Assembly: GCA_029953675.1 (NCBI GenBank) | Contig: JAMWBK010000011.1 | Coordinates: forward strand, 62,001 to 126,000 | Direction of reading: 5' to 3' | From: Rhodosorus marinus CCMP1338 | Lineage: Eukaryota; Plantae; Rhodophyta | Length of the DNA stretch: 64,000 nucleotides | Part shown: positions 11,293 through 23,586 of the stretch, piece by piece | Position numbering within the stretch: position 1 is the stretch's first letter | Layout: each line of letters begins with the position of its first letter | Program-made: the position numbers and the translations under genes | The notes under the pieces: generated by a model | The model's input: only the letters and a program-made list of their open reading frames with translations | What the model was told of the DNA's origin: nothing | The model's database searches: none

Positions 11293-12245
11293 ACACTAAA
11301 TATCTGCATTTTATCGTCAATACTATTATAAAGCACGATATGGGTTGGTATTGATGGATTTGCTGGATAAAGTTATTGATATTTACTGTATAATTTATCG
11401 GTTACGGTCAGGTGGGCGACCTAAATCTTGCGGAGGTGGTGTTTTTTGTACAAGTTGTTTTAAGTGTGTGGACTATTATTGTTGAGGCCCCAATGTGAAT
11501 GGCATAGCCGGCTCCCAGTCTAGCATTCCGAAGGCTGCCTTCTGATTAGACCACGTGAGTCGAATCTAGTGCGAGGAAATTTAGAAGACAGAACAAAGGA
11601 ATCCCATTCGTGAACCCCTTGAGTTGAGCAACAACAAAATTGTGGAGACCGAGACTCTCAAGCGCCCCTGATAAGCCAAGCATTCACTACCCTAACGACG
11701 GATAAAAAGGCAGACAAAATGAATCTGATGACGAGGTAGTTTGTTCATCGTGATGCCTTTGTACATTCGTCCTCAATTCGGGGACACGGTCAGATCGTCG
11801 AGAGCTGGCAGCATGGAAACGCGTAGCTTTTCGCTCCTGTTCTCACGAAATGTTTGTTGACCGAAGACGCCTATATGACAACGAGTACATGCAATTCCTG
11901 AAAGCTCGTTGTGTGCGGAGCGGATGTGGTGCTGGTCTGAATATGCGACGCTTGTGATATTTCTTGCCAGTTTCCAAAAATGTGTTATATATAGTTCACC
12001 GCGTGCATCTCGTCCATCACGGCGAGTGCTTACAAAATTCTGTATGTTACAACAACAGCCAAGGCCTCCCGAAACCCAAAACTTCATGTCACCCTGAGAT
12101 AGTGCGACAAGCTCTCTCCTCTGGTGCCTCGGCGTCCCGAAAACATGTACACAAAAGCGCGGGCGAGCTTTCACTCCGGTTCTTAACTGTGAAGTGGGGC
12201 CCCTCGCTTTGCGTATGCACTGGTGCTCCAGTGCGATTGGCTTTC

Positions 12246-14327
12246 TCAGAAAAGCTCCTCGTTGTTTACCTTCGTCCATTCAAAATATTCGTCGTCCTGT
12301 TTTCCTTCACGCGCGCTTGGCGATAGGGCACTATTGATCCACTCCGTCGTTGTGGTGGGAACCCTCATCGTGTACCCAGCTCTCCTCATAATCCGCTTCT
12401 CCTGAAGAAACCGTAGCGCAACCAGCAGCGCGAATAATGCGCATATTGAGAACAGCGCGAGCAGGCCAGCGATGTACTCGACGCGGATAATGGCCACTTC
12501 GTCTTGGTTTGCTAGCAGCAAATCCCTCGAAGCGTGCTCCAGTTGGGTTGATACCAAGCCGAGAACAGACATGATCGGGAAGTGCACAAACGCGCCCAGG
12601 ACTCTACCTCGCATAGCGACTCGGTCCGTGTACCAATGCACATCGGGATAGTGCAAAGCGAGAGCTTCCTGGATATTGTTAAAGACCTCTTCGACGATCT
12701 CTGGATCCGATCCAATGGCCTCTACAGACACCCAAGATATCTCTGACTTTAGCGAGACCACCTGCAGTCCACTCAGCGACTCCTCATCGTCCGATACGCT
12801 CGCCGAGGTCCAACTTCCACGACGCCGCGTCGCAGTATCCAGCCCGTACACGCAGTCGACTTGATCGCTAGCGCCTTCCGACCTGACGCACGCAACTTCA
12901 AACTGCAACCCCATCACAAAAGCACCCTTCGATCCAGACTGCAGCTGATCACTGTACTTTTCTCTCACCACAGCACCACAACCTTCCCCCTCCGAAAACA
13001 GGAGCTCCATTTGTCCTCGGTGAAGACCAAACTCCGTCTTCACCCACCCACGTCCATCCACAAACGACTCACCCTGCACGACATCACATCGATCCAGGTG
13101 GGCGGTTCTGATTATCTCTCCGCACTCATCTCCACCAAACATCAGCTTGACGTCCATATCAAACCTCTCGTCATCTTGACACACCGCGCCATCCCTCTTG
13201 AAGGACTTGTGCGATATTGAGAATTCACTGTCGGCCGCAACACCACCGCGCCGACGCCCAAGGTCGGTGATCCTGAGTAGCCGTTGCCCTCCGGAAGCGT
13301 ATACAATACCGCTGTTAACCCTCACCTCAGCCACCTTGACCCCTTCCGGAGTGGATCCGGTTGGGGTGGAAACCGGCGTGACATCCACCAACGTCCTCAT
13401 TTGGAACTCGTCTTTCGTATTGGCAAATGTCCGATAAAGGATGACTCCGCTGATACGCAGCTGAGTCAGAATCTCTTCGAGATTCTGTGACTGGATTCCC
13501 AGTACGGCGTTCTCGATGCTCCTCACTCGTAGGTCGATGGTTAGGCTCCTAAGGTAGGTACCTTGCTGCTCGCACGCTTCGCCGTTCTCGAACTCAAACG
13601 TCCCGTCAAAATCCAATGCGGAGTACTGGGCCTTCATCTTACAAACATCCGAGTCCTTCGAAGCGTCTGAGCCCACATATATCGGGACGTAGTCGAACTC
13701 CATGTGGTCTATTGCATCAAATGTGGTCAATGTCGCCGCTTGGAAAAGGACGTGTCCAAAGTTCATAGTCTCTCTCAAGTTCCTTCTAAGGATATCGTCA
13801 ACAGTTATTCCCAGTCTTCTACAAATCACGCCCGTGTTCTCCGTGAGACCCTGGTAGCAGAACTCGTCGCTCCGAACCATCTTACCGTAATCTCGGAGCA
13901 GAGCATTCACCTCGGAGTTTGGAGCAAACCTCAAGACTTGGTAGGAAGCTACGGAGTCATCGAGGCTGGTGTTTGTTCCGAAATCTAGGCCGTAATCGAT
14001 CAACGCGTGCAAACTGACGAGCGCTAGAGTAAACCCAAACGCGACAACCGAAAACGCAGTGTGAATGTGAAACCGCCGGGCGTCGTTCTGCTCCAGCATA
14101 TCCCGAGCCTGCAAGTAGGTTATTTTGCTCCTCCCCTTCTCAAAATACTCGTAAGATCCGATTCTCTCAAACGAAAATACTTTCCTTCCCAACCTTAGGT
14201 CCCGTTTCACCTCTAGAGTAGATAAAGTTCGAGTCAGCCAGATCCAAGTCAACGCCAGCAGAATAAGAAGTACATCTGTCAGTACGTTAACAATGACCGG
14301 GCTGATGTTCAACGTCACAGTCGTCAT
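12246..14327 (-). CDS. Unknown 3-TM, large-ectodomain membrane protein, paralogue 2 of 6 (693 aa)
   Basis: Collinear with paralogue 1 over its whole length (FSFERIGSYEY, LHALIDYGL, DAIDHMEFDY, RSLTIDLR, AMRGRVLGA, EYIAGL, VPTTTTEW). Confidence 0.9.
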   Translation of the reverse strand: MTTVTLNISPVIVNVLTDVLLILLALTWIWLTRTLSTLEVKRDLRLGRKVFSFERIGSYEYFEKGRSKITYLQARDMLEQNDARRFHIHTAFSVVAFGFTLALVSLHALIDYGLDFGTNTSLDDSVASYQVLRFAPNSEVNALLRDYGKMVRSDEFCYQGLTENTGVICRRLGITVDDILRRNLRETMNFGHVLFQAATLTTFDAIDHMEFDYVPIYVGSDASKDSDVCKMKAQYSALDFDGTFEFENGEACEQQGTYLRSLTIDLRVRSIENAVLGIQSQNLEEILTQLRISGVILYRTFANTKDEFQMRTLVDVTPVSTPTGSTPEGVKVAEVRVNSGIVYASGGQRLLRITDLGRRRGGVAADSEFSISHKSFKRDGAVCQDDERFDMDVKLMFGGDECGEIIRTAHLDRCDVVQGESFVDGRGWVKTEFGLHRGQMELLFSEGEGCGAVVREKYSDQLQSGSKGAFVMGLQFEVACVRSEGASDQVDCVYGLDTATRRRGSWTSASVSDDEESLSGLQVVSLKSEISWVSVEAIGSDPEIVEEVFNNIQEALALHYPDVHWYTDRVAMRGRVLGAFVHFPIMSVLGLVSTQLEHASRDLLLANQDEVAIIRVEYIAGLLALFSICALFALLVALRFLQEKRIMRRAGYTMRVPTTTTEWINSALSPSAREGKQDDEYFEWTKVNNEELF

Positions 14328-14949
14328 TCTTCACTCAGTGAAATATTTGAAACTTCTTCCTCCCCGGGCTCCTGAAAGACTTCAGAGTCTTCCCGCCCCG
14401 CCGTAACCACAAACCACAGTCAACGACCTCATCATATCCCGCCTTCCAAACCTCGTTGAGCAATGAGCCAACGAGGAGGATAACTTAGCAAAAAAAAATA
14501 GACTCAAACGAAAACTTCCTTGTCGTCTTCAAACCAATACGCCCAAACCCCCTCCCCTTCCCATCCCATCTCCAAGCAGTTTCCCCAAACTATTTCAATC
14601 CCCAAGAAGCTCTTACACTCAAAAACAACTCGGAGCGGAGCGAACACAAAGGCAAATATTTTACCCATTCCTATTCCCCCCCTTCCCATAACACGATTTT
14701 GGCAATAAATAGGTAAATAAGTTTTCAAAACAAAATGTAATAGATTAGAGTTGTCAAACAAAGGGTGGTATATGAAATATATTATTCGGGTTCACTTTCC
14801 GTATCCGCTCTGGTGGGTTTACTCTGTTTAGGCCGCTCCGCCTTACTACCTTATGATATCAGAGGAAGAAAACGGCTTGCGGTGGGGTACTTTGGCTACA
14901 TCAGTGTGTGTGGTACCCCAGGCTGTTGTTCTTCCGCGGACTGTTTTGG

Positions 14950-15130
14950 AACAAGTGCGACTGCGGGAGATGGATTCATAAAGAACAGGTCTTCACGACC
15001 AAACCCATGCCTCCAAATCGCTTCGGAAATGTCGAAAAAGGTTTTTCTCGAAACTTTAGACCATATGAAATACAAAAAAAAGGGATCTATTGTTTTTTAG
15101 AATAAACTTCGACGGGTGAGCTTCAACGGT
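14950..15130 (-). mobile_element. Possible L1/Tx1-type LINE RT thumb relic
   Basis: Minus frame reads RSLFFCISYGLKFREKPFSTFPKRFGGMGL, resembling the LINE motif F.F.W.G......L..PK..GGLG. This is a short motif only. Confidence 0.3.
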
Positions 15131-16227
15131 TTGACAGGATGTGGACACTTGCCCACGAAGGGTGAGAACACAAACATGAGCGGTAGGTCATTGATTCACT
15201 TGAGGGTTGCTGGTTTTGAGAAGGAGAGAACGCGACGTGGGATGTTCTTCGTGTTCATGGTTATGTTTGTATTGTTGTAGTCTAGCTTGCTAAGAGCTTC
15301 CCTCTTGACCCAGAGGAAGAAGGCTTGAGAGGCGTTGGTCGGACTTCGCCTGGATTTAGCCGGCAAAGGGAATTCTGATTGACGGGAGAAGTGAAAGGGG
15401 GAAGCACGATGAAGATAATACCTTTGTTGTTCGTGCAGGCTATATATATAATAGAAATAGAATATTGCTCATAATTTAGTATTTATATCGTCCTGTTAAT
15501 ATTTAAGGAGGAGCTAATCTAGTTCCTGACAACAATAGACGTATATTTAGCACTGTACAAGATATGCTGTGTTTCACGGGGGTAGGAAATTCCTCTGTAA
15601 GTTTTTGATACGGCTGCCGACCTATTCAGTATCCATCGATTTTTTCTCGTATCTTCCCCCCCCACCCTCTCCATCGAAACAAGAAGATATATTGCTGTTT
15701 TTCAATGTTTAATCGATCCAGCAAAAAATCAAATCACAACCGTAACCCCCAATAAATGAGCGAAAGCTTCGTGGTGCTATCCACGAAAGCAGCAAAAATA
15801 CTCGATTTTTAGCGCTACTTTTCGCGTCTCAAGAAGCAATGTTGTTTTTCTTAATAAAAATCCATAGTATCGAGTTTTTGCTTGTTTAGAGGGTGTTGGG
15901 ATCTACATTCCAAAGGCAAAATGCTGTGAAACGTGCCCCCTATGGCGCCACTTTCTAGGAAGAAATCATATGGTTTCATCCGCGCAAAGTAGAGAATGTC
16001 TAATCCAGCAGGTTTTCATAGACCGCCCGATAGGCGACTATCGGACACGTCAAGTAAATTCTCTCGTCGGCAGACTATTGAAAGTCATTGGCAAATTTTG
16101 GTATATCGGGTTTAAACTATTCCAAACAACGAGCAGAAAGCTGTCACTCTCATGTATTGAATTAGGGTTACTGCTGAGTTCCACTCTCAAGAGGAGATCC
16201 TCCGGTCCTTACAGAGTTGTTCTTATC

Positions 16228-16269
16228 TCCTGGAACTCGACCGGAACTCGCCCAGGGCGAGTTCCAGGA
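16228..16269. repeat. Compound palindrome
   Basis: ggaactcgccc-a-gggcgagttcc (11-bp perfect arms, 16243-16265). tcctggaactcg (16228-16239) is also complementary to cgagttccagga (16258-16269). Confidence 0.85.
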
Positions 16270-17028
16270 CAAAGATCTCCGTTAACTATTCATGAATGCG
16301 GTCTTTTTCGGTCAAACCCCAGGCTATGATCGTCTCAAGTTCTCTATCTTCCAGCTACCGTCCTCTGCTATCTCTTAAAGATCTATTGTTGAGGAAGCCA
16401 GCCACTAAGACAAATCCACAAAGCTTTCTGGTGGGGATTACGAATTCATACGAATGATGTAGAAGCCTGAAGTTTTGTGCTTACCCTAAATCGAAAACTG
16501 AAGTCTCAACCTTTGTAGCTTACACACCAAGAGCTTGATTCTTAACCCAAGTTGGTGATTGAAGGTCTTTGCAACCAATCCCACTGGTGAAGAACGGCTG
16601 ACGAAGTTTGGTCAACAACTTCCATCCTTTGCGCTATAAGTACCTCTCCCACTGATGGTGCTCAAGCTCAAACAGCAAGCGATCAACAAACCTCACAACT
16701 TACAACTCTCTCTTAAGCCCCAAGAATTCTTTGTGTGTACATTTTTCAAACCAATTTTCCAAAAGTCTTCCCCCTTTTCCCTTCTCTAATTTTGGACTTC
16801 ATAGAAACATTAATGGTATCTTCTTCGTCAAGCACAAGGAGGGTGCCAACCATGAATTACCCGTAAACCTACTCATCAGCGATGTTTCATTATTAGATCA
16901 TTCAGTACAATGATCGAATTTCCCAAAGCCTGAATTATTCTCTGCTCCAAATTGCGAACGCCGAAGAGTTTGTCAATGTCCTCGCAGAGGAAGATTGAGA
17001 CTCACTCAATATTCTCATTGATTGAAGA

Positions 17029-17244
17029 ATATCGGACGTTAATCGGTCATTATCGGACAGTTATGAGTGAACCTTGCGTTTTTCTTTCTTAATAGGCTCC
17101 GATATACTAGTATCGGACGCAAACCAGAAGTCGATCTGCCTAATTATCATGTGATTGCAGATTGATTATCAGACCAGCGTCAGATAAACTTTTTACAGGA
17201 CAGTCGTTACATATCGGACACTATCGGACGATTTTTAATCGGAC
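17029..17244. repeat. Cluster of TATCGGAC motifs (transposon subterminal-like or protein-binding array)
   Basis: Five exact TATCGGAC (17030, 17051, 17111, 17212, 17222), variants AATCGGTC, TATCAGAC and AATCGGAC, and one inverted copy (17098) in ~215 bp. Confidence 0.8.
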
Positions 17245-18468
17245 AGAAATGACAACCCAAAATATATAGATAGATTCTGAAACTTCCAAAACAACCACCC
17301 ATCATAAAAAAACGGAAAACAGGTTCTCTGCGGTAGACAGAGTCGTTCGAATTTTGTTTTCTTATTATTAAAACGAATAGTTGATGAGATTGGTTCTTAA
17401 ATTGATTGCGTTTCATATATGAAATCGATTTTGTTGGCTCTGGCATTCGTTCGGTATTAGAAGATGGAAGGGATTCCTGTTTTTTAGAAATGTTTTGATG
17501 GTAGTTTGATATGGGCCTTGGCTTGGGTATTTGAAGGGTTGGCTTGATTTTTCGATCAGGATGGAGGTGTTTGGCTGGGTTGGTATTTGGCGTGTGAACT
17601 TGAGCCCTCTGGACACGACGAGGACGGAGGGGGCCATGTTTCCCGTCCGGGTGCTCGCTGCTGTCCAGATTTAGCAGCTCCATTTGAGTGGCCTTCCCTG
17701 CAGCAAGGTCACGATGTCAATCAGCTCGCGCTCTCTTCAGTTTCACTGCTTTTGAGAATCCAACGTGAAGGTTTAGAGGTTGAATAATGCAGTCAGGGTG
17801 GCACTGTTGAAGAGTATGCACGGTTCCGCGAGCAGAGTCCAGACTGGGTGGTCTTTGTGGGCAGAATAGGCTTCCCTTACTTTCATTTGGTACGCAAAAA
17901 CTATGAAAGGGAAGAGAATTGTATTAATAAAGCCATTTAAAAACGGCGGGTCCTGACCACTGAAAAGCATGATTTTTCGAAGCGCCACTTGGATATCGGA
18001 AGTCGCTGCACCCCGATTCTCTCAAGTGCAGTAGCACCTTAAAATCACCCCTCTACAGGTATCAAAAGGCCTTAGTTTAGGTACTACTGTTAAAACTCAG
18101 CCCGCTTTTTATATCTTCCCGACAAACAAATAAATACGTCTATATCAATCGCGGGGTTAATCGAACCGCGAGCAGTGCTAGCAATCTTCCTAGGCAAGCG
18201 GCGTCTGTTGGTCAGACCTGATCAACATAGTTGCCTTGACCAAAGCCACAGAGCTATGCTAGCACGTTGAGATCGCCTGATCACAGCCGCACGGCTCTTT
18301 CCGTAACCAGAGGAAATTTAAAGTAAAAATCCAAACTCAATAATTCCTGCCCAAAAATAACATTCGAACGGGCCCATGTCAACGGTCTCCTTTCAGATTC
18401 AGTTGGCCTCGGTAAAAAAAAAGTAGCTCCCTTGCTTCTAGATCCTTTTGGTCGTCCTTCCAGCCGCT

Positions 18469-20640
18469 TCACACCCCCAGCCCCGTGTACGGATCGGGAT
18501 TCAAGCCGCCGGTATTCGGAGCGTCTACTGGTGTTTGTGTTGGGAACAGCTGCTTGTTGCTCTTCTGCGCCCACTCGAAGTCTTTCATGTTAGAGTTTCC
18601 TTCTTCCCACTCCAGTGACAGGGTAACACATTCGATCCACTCGGTGACTGTGCGAGGAACAACCATCGCAACTCCAACCCTTTTCAGCGCTCTTCGCTCT
18701 TGCACGTATCGAACGAGCACGACGACTGAGATCAAGACGCAGAGGCCTACTAAAACGGACAGACCCGCAATGTATTCCACTGAGATCAACGAAATCTGTT
18801 CGTTGTCGTGCAGGAATATCGGTATCTCTCCAGGTATAAGCTGCGCCGAGATGAGTCCGAACAAAGTCAAAATCGGGAAATACGCGTGAGCTCCAAGCAC
18901 CCGCCCACGCATCGCCACACGATTTGTGAAGAGGTGCACGTCGGGAAAACTAGTATCAGACAGCAACGTCTTTAAGTTCGAGAATACAGGTCCTGCGATA
19001 TCCGTCGGAACCCTTGAAAGCTCAACGGAAACCCAGGACAGCTCGTGCCTCAGCGACAAAACTCGAAGACCACTAAATTCGTCCTCGTCCTGGCCTTGCT
19101 GCCATTCTCCGTTCACCCTGCTCACTCTTTCCATTCCGTAAACGCATTCGATTTCTCCCGCATCACCTTCAACAGCAACGCAGGCCACCTCAAACTCCAT
19201 TCCAATCGCAAACGATCTGTTCGAACTCGGCAGCTCACCATTCAGTTGGTCAGCATACTTTTCACGTACGATACGACCACATTCGTCATCTTCCGTAAAC
19301 AGCTGGACCAACAGCCCTCTCTGAATACCAAACGTGGTCGGCCTCCAACCCCTCTCATCTGAAAACGATTCCCCGGCTACCACGTCGCACCTACCAAAGC
19401 TAGCCCGTGCACGCAGGTCATGGCAAGCTTTTCCCTGGAAAAGAAGTCCAGTGTCTACGTCAAAGCTATCAGTGATCTCACACACCTTCCCCGTCCTCCG
19501 CGTTGTCTGCTTTTCCAGAAAAAACTCCCCATCGACTGAGACACCGTACGCCCGACGAGAGAGATCGACTACTTTCACCATGCCAGGGGGTTCTTCTACA
19601 TAAACCATCCCACTCCTACCCCTAACCTCCGCGACCTTAACCCCCAGCGGATTCTGTCCACTAGGCGACGGTATCGGGTTCACGTCCACCTTCGTGAGAG
19701 GCTGCCGGTCGTCTTTGATGTTTGTGAAGTACGTGTAGTGGAAAGCACCATCGATCCCGAGCTTCTTGAAGACCTTATCCATGTTTTCTGAGAACGGACC
19801 TAGCACGAAATTGTCCTTCCTCTCCGTTCGGAGCTCGACAGTCAGGCTCCTCAAGTGCGTCCTACCCTGTTCACAGCTGCCATCTTCATTGCTCTCGAAC
19901 TCTAGGTTTCCACTGAAGTCCGAACCGGATTCAATAGACTGAACGGTGCACGAGCTCTCCGTCGCAGACCCCTCCGTCCTCGTTCGCGTGGAAACATAGT
20001 CTATTTCCATATGCTCAATGGTATCAAATTGAGTCAAGGTTGGCGCTTGAAACAGAAAATTGGCAAACAGCATGTTCTCGCGAATATTCCGGAGCAAAGT
20101 GTCGTCCAAAGTTATGCCCCGTATCCTGCAGGCGAGGGACCCCGACGTATCCTGGGCAAGATTTCGAGAGCAAAAATTCGTGGACCTACTGAAAACCTGG
20201 TGCACATTCATTTCGTTGAACAGCCTCGTACTCGCATTCAACTGCACCCCCGGATAGACCGCGCTCGTGTCCAGTTGCTTTCCGCTCGTTCCGAAACCCA
20301 GACCATAGTCAACCAGCGCATGCAAACCTACAAACCCAAGAGTGAATGAGAAGCACAGCACCGAAAAAAAGGTTTGAACGTTGAATTGCCTGGTCGTGCG
20401 ATCATCCAAGAGGTCCCTCGACTTCAGATAGTTGAACTTTTCGCGACCCAGAGAAAAGTACTCGTAAGAGCCGATCCTCTCATACGAAAACACTCTTTTG
20501 TGAGTCATTAAGTCGCGCTTTAACTCCAGAGCCGTCAGCGCCCGTGTCAACCAAAGCCATATCAGTCCAAGAATGATCAGCAGCACATCCGTGAGCACAT
20601 TCAAAGTGACCGGACTCACTGCCAGTTCTATCTCAGTCAT
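18469..20640 (-). CDS. Unknown 3-TM, large-ectodomain membrane protein, paralogue 3 of 6 (723 aa)
   Basis: Same motifs as paralogues 1-2 (FSYERIGSYEY, LHALVDYGL, KDDRQP, ACV..ECVYG, AMRGRVLGA, EYIAGL, VPRTVTEWI). Confidence 0.9.
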   Translation of the reverse strand: MTEIELAVSPVTLNVLTDVLLIILGLIWLWLTRALTALELKRDLMTHKRVFSYERIGSYEYFSLGREKFNYLKSRDLLDDRTTRQFNVQTFFSVLCFSFTLGFVGLHALVDYGLGFGTSGKQLDTSAVYPGVQLNASTRLFNEMNVHQVFSRSTNFCSRNLAQDTSGSLACRIRGITLDDTLLRNIRENMLFANFLFQAPTLTQFDTIEHMEIDYVSTRTRTEGSATESSCTVQSIESGSDFSGNLEFESNEDGSCEQGRTHLRSLTVELRTERKDNFVLGPFSENMDKVFKKLGIDGAFHYTYFTNIKDDRQPLTKVDVNPIPSPSGQNPLGVKVAEVRGRSGMVYVEEPPGMVKVVDLSRRAYGVSVDGEFFLEKQTTRRTGKVCEITDSFDVDTGLLFQGKACHDLRARASFGRCDVVAGESFSDERGWRPTTFGIQRGLLVQLFTEDDECGRIVREKYADQLNGELPSSNRSFAIGMEFEVACVAVEGDAGEIECVYGMERVSRVNGEWQQGQDEDEFSGLRVLSLRHELSWVSVELSRVPTDIAGPVFSNLKTLLSDTSFPDVHLFTNRVAMRGRVLGAHAYFPILTLFGLISAQLIPGEIPIFLHDNEQISLISVEYIAGLSVLVGLCVLISVVVLVRYVQERRALKRVGVAMVVPRTVTEWIECVTLSLEWEEGNSNMKDFEWAQKSNKQLFPTQTPVDAPNTGGLNPDPYTGLGV

Positions 20641-23019
20641 GGCGCTCTCCTAGAAAACCTGTACCACCACCCACTCACCGTTTCTCTAACAAAGCTCTAA
20701 GCAATCCAAAAACCCACCCGAAATAGACCAGCTATTCCTACAGTCAACAACCCTACATCTTCCAAGAACGGAAATACCGACCATCTCCACAAGCCTCAGC
20801 CTCGATTATCGCTCATTGCAAAATCTGCATTCTTCAACATCCCACTTCCACACCGAATCTCCCCGGCCACCATTGGTTTTCAGGCACAACATACCTCGTC
20901 TCACGCTCTCTTCAAAGCCCAACACCGCCCCCCACCCACGACACGCTCACTCCGATAAAACCGGATATGCGAGACGCACACGGCCCGTCCTTCCCGACAT
21001 CTAACACCCAGACCTTTCTCGTTACGCTCTAATCTAGATCAACCGTTATCCGGCGCTTCAGAGAAACCTTTGACACTGCAAGCTCTCCCAACTCTCTCCT
21101 CCACACCAGCCTCCATACAGTCACTCTTCTAAACCCTTTCCAAATACCACAACGAACCACTTTCCTCCCAATCCCCCCCAAAAAACCCCCAAAAACCTAT
21201 TTCAGGAACAGCGCCGCTTATTAAATAACAAACGCCAAATTTTCTATCTACCCAAGAAACAAACAAAAAACAAAACAAAAGCTGGCCAGGCGAATTCCAA
21301 GTTTTTGTCGTCTACTTCTTGGCTGTCTGCTCACAAATATATTTCGGAAAAAAACCAGGATCTTTTTTGTTCAATTGAAAAGAACTATATACCCACACTA
21401 ATCAGTTCCTTTATTCCTTATTGCGACATGAGAACATGGGGTTTTGCGTTACGTCCCAAAAAACAGATTTAAGTATAAAGAAGATATATCAATGATTAGT
21501 AATCCGGACGTACTTTTTTTTCAACCCCTTTGTCGTTTTGAAAATACCAACTACTTTTGCCATACCCCCTTAGATCTTGCTGAGTAGCTTAAATTGTTCA
21601 AAGGAGATATAATATCTAATGCAGTCTTAGTTTAATATTTTCGATGGTGGGTGTTTCCTACGCTCGTCCATGGTTAAAATTATATAGAAAGGAATAGAGT
21701 GGATTACCTCCATATAAATTCTGTGAAAGAAAATTTCCGGTGGATCGTTGCACTTTTTCGCGACAGCTTTAAAATATATGAAATTAGATACCGAAAAACA
21801 AGACTTAGTACGAGCACCCAGACGCAAATTAAACAAAAACTAAAAAAGGAGGGGGGTGACCAACAAGCCCACCTCTGTCGAAGAGCTTCAATTATTTTTC
21901 CATCATAAACCATAACCGAGTCACCTCGGTTTTTTTGTCCGAATCACAAGCGGGGGAATCGAGATATGATCCCGAAAAAAAAAAAAACGATCGCCAATGC
22001 AAAAGGATTGAAATTCGTATACTTTAAAATTATTCAATCACGGTAGGTTCCCCATATTGATTGATATTTCCCAAAATGGTCGTCATTTTGCACTGCACGG
22101 AGGGCTTTCTATTCCAAAAGGTGTAATGAATTTTTCGTTGTCGAAAAATGTCGCTAAAATGGCGCTGTATCAAATCCTCAACGAGAAGAAACTAGTAAAA
22201 TATTTCATATTATGATAATTAATAGATGAAGAAGGGGTAGAGAAAATGCTTTTTTGGTGGTATGCAACTGCGTGATGAGGAGGGCGAACTGCTTTTAACG
22301 GAATAAAGTTAATAAGCTGTGAGTTATACGTATAGGATAGGATTGACATTTGCGGCCGAGGTAGAGAATCCCTTTGTAGAGTTTCGTCGTCATTGTTGAA
22401 GATATTGCGTTTTTCTGTTTTGTTGTGCAAGATCAGTGTACGCACCTAATCCCGCACATCAGTCAGGAGCTTCGGGGCCCTAGCAGCATGGTAAGTCGTG
22501 AAGAAAGCTTACACCGCAGCCGATTGGATCCACCTTAAAACTCCAGGCCTGTGCGGTCAAAAAAGCACGTCATAAAATATGGAATTCCGTTTATTCCGAA
22601 GATGCAAGCTACAGGTCCACGGAGCTTCCTCTCCCGCTTCAATGAATGAATGATGAATGGGTTTATGCTCATTCGATTCACAGACCACAGCCCTGCTAGG
22701 CTAAGCTAAGATTCTCATCAGCGCCTGGTTTCCACGCTGCTCAGGGTAGGTAGACTCTGAAGAGGCGGTTGTTCTTTTCCCGGAAAGCGATCCCCTTCGA
22801 CGAAATGATATCACAGGAAATGTGAGCAGTCACTGAAACCAGCTACAACACATTCCGGCTGGCGGGTTGCTATTGACGAGCACAAATTTGGGTTTGCGGG
22901 GGAGCACATATTGAGCTTCACAAGCCTTGGTATTTTGAGAAAGAGTAGAGAATGGGGAGACGGAAAAGGATGCCGAACACAAAGCGTGATGCCGAGGAGG
23001 AGTAAGTATGGTAAGGGTT

Positions 23020-23340
23020 CACGATGACCGTGGAGAAGGTGGAGGGAAAGAAAACAAAGGCACGATTCCTAGAGGTCCTGGTGAGCCCCACTACCGCACT
23101 GAGCTTTGTGGACCACAACTTATCTGAGTTTGAGAAGCAACAGTTTGAAGAGTGACTCGTGCGTTTCACGAAGAACCAGAACGAGCCGCTCTCGTAGATC
23201 GAGGACCTGGTGGCGAACGAGCTCTTCAGTCGCATGCGGCCACGGTTGCGGGGAGTCAGTTGCCCGGCAGGCGACGACTGAGCACTAGGCTTCTAGCAGG
23301 ATCATTTTCTTCTCCCTCTACCTTCTCGACGGTCCTCGTG
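23020..23340. repeat. 36-bp imperfect inverted repeat (23020-23054 / 23305-23340) around a stop-riddled coding-like relic
   Basis: cacgatgaccgtggagaaggtggagggaaagaaaa versus the reverse complement cacgaggaccgtcgagaaggtagagggagaagaaaa. The ORF track shows PSTFSTV on both strands. Confidence 0.75.
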
Positions 23341-23586
23341 TAGGATGCTTTCTGAAAAGTCATGCGGAAGAGGGGTTCTCAGACACCCCAAGCTGGGATT
23401 TTCGGAATGGGCCAGGTTGCGAACGTCCATTTCCCTATATTTACAAATGACCCACTTAAATATAGCTAAAAAGCATAGCACCTCCCTACCCATCTCACGA
23501 TGCATCTCATGTCGCAACCTGCGGAGCGGTCAGCAAAATGGTCAACGTGACCTTGGCTTGTGCGCAAAGTAGAGCCTAATCAAAAG

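Noticed and set aside
11725-11760. C/D-box snoRNA-like TGATGA motif
   Set aside because: No convincing D box or terminal stem.
15970-16950. Gypsy-like RT relic (SSPVGLVAK, STIDL, KTAF, PVEFQ on the minus strand)
   Set aside because: The motifs are scattered over different frames with wrong spacing and there is no YxDD; this could be chance.
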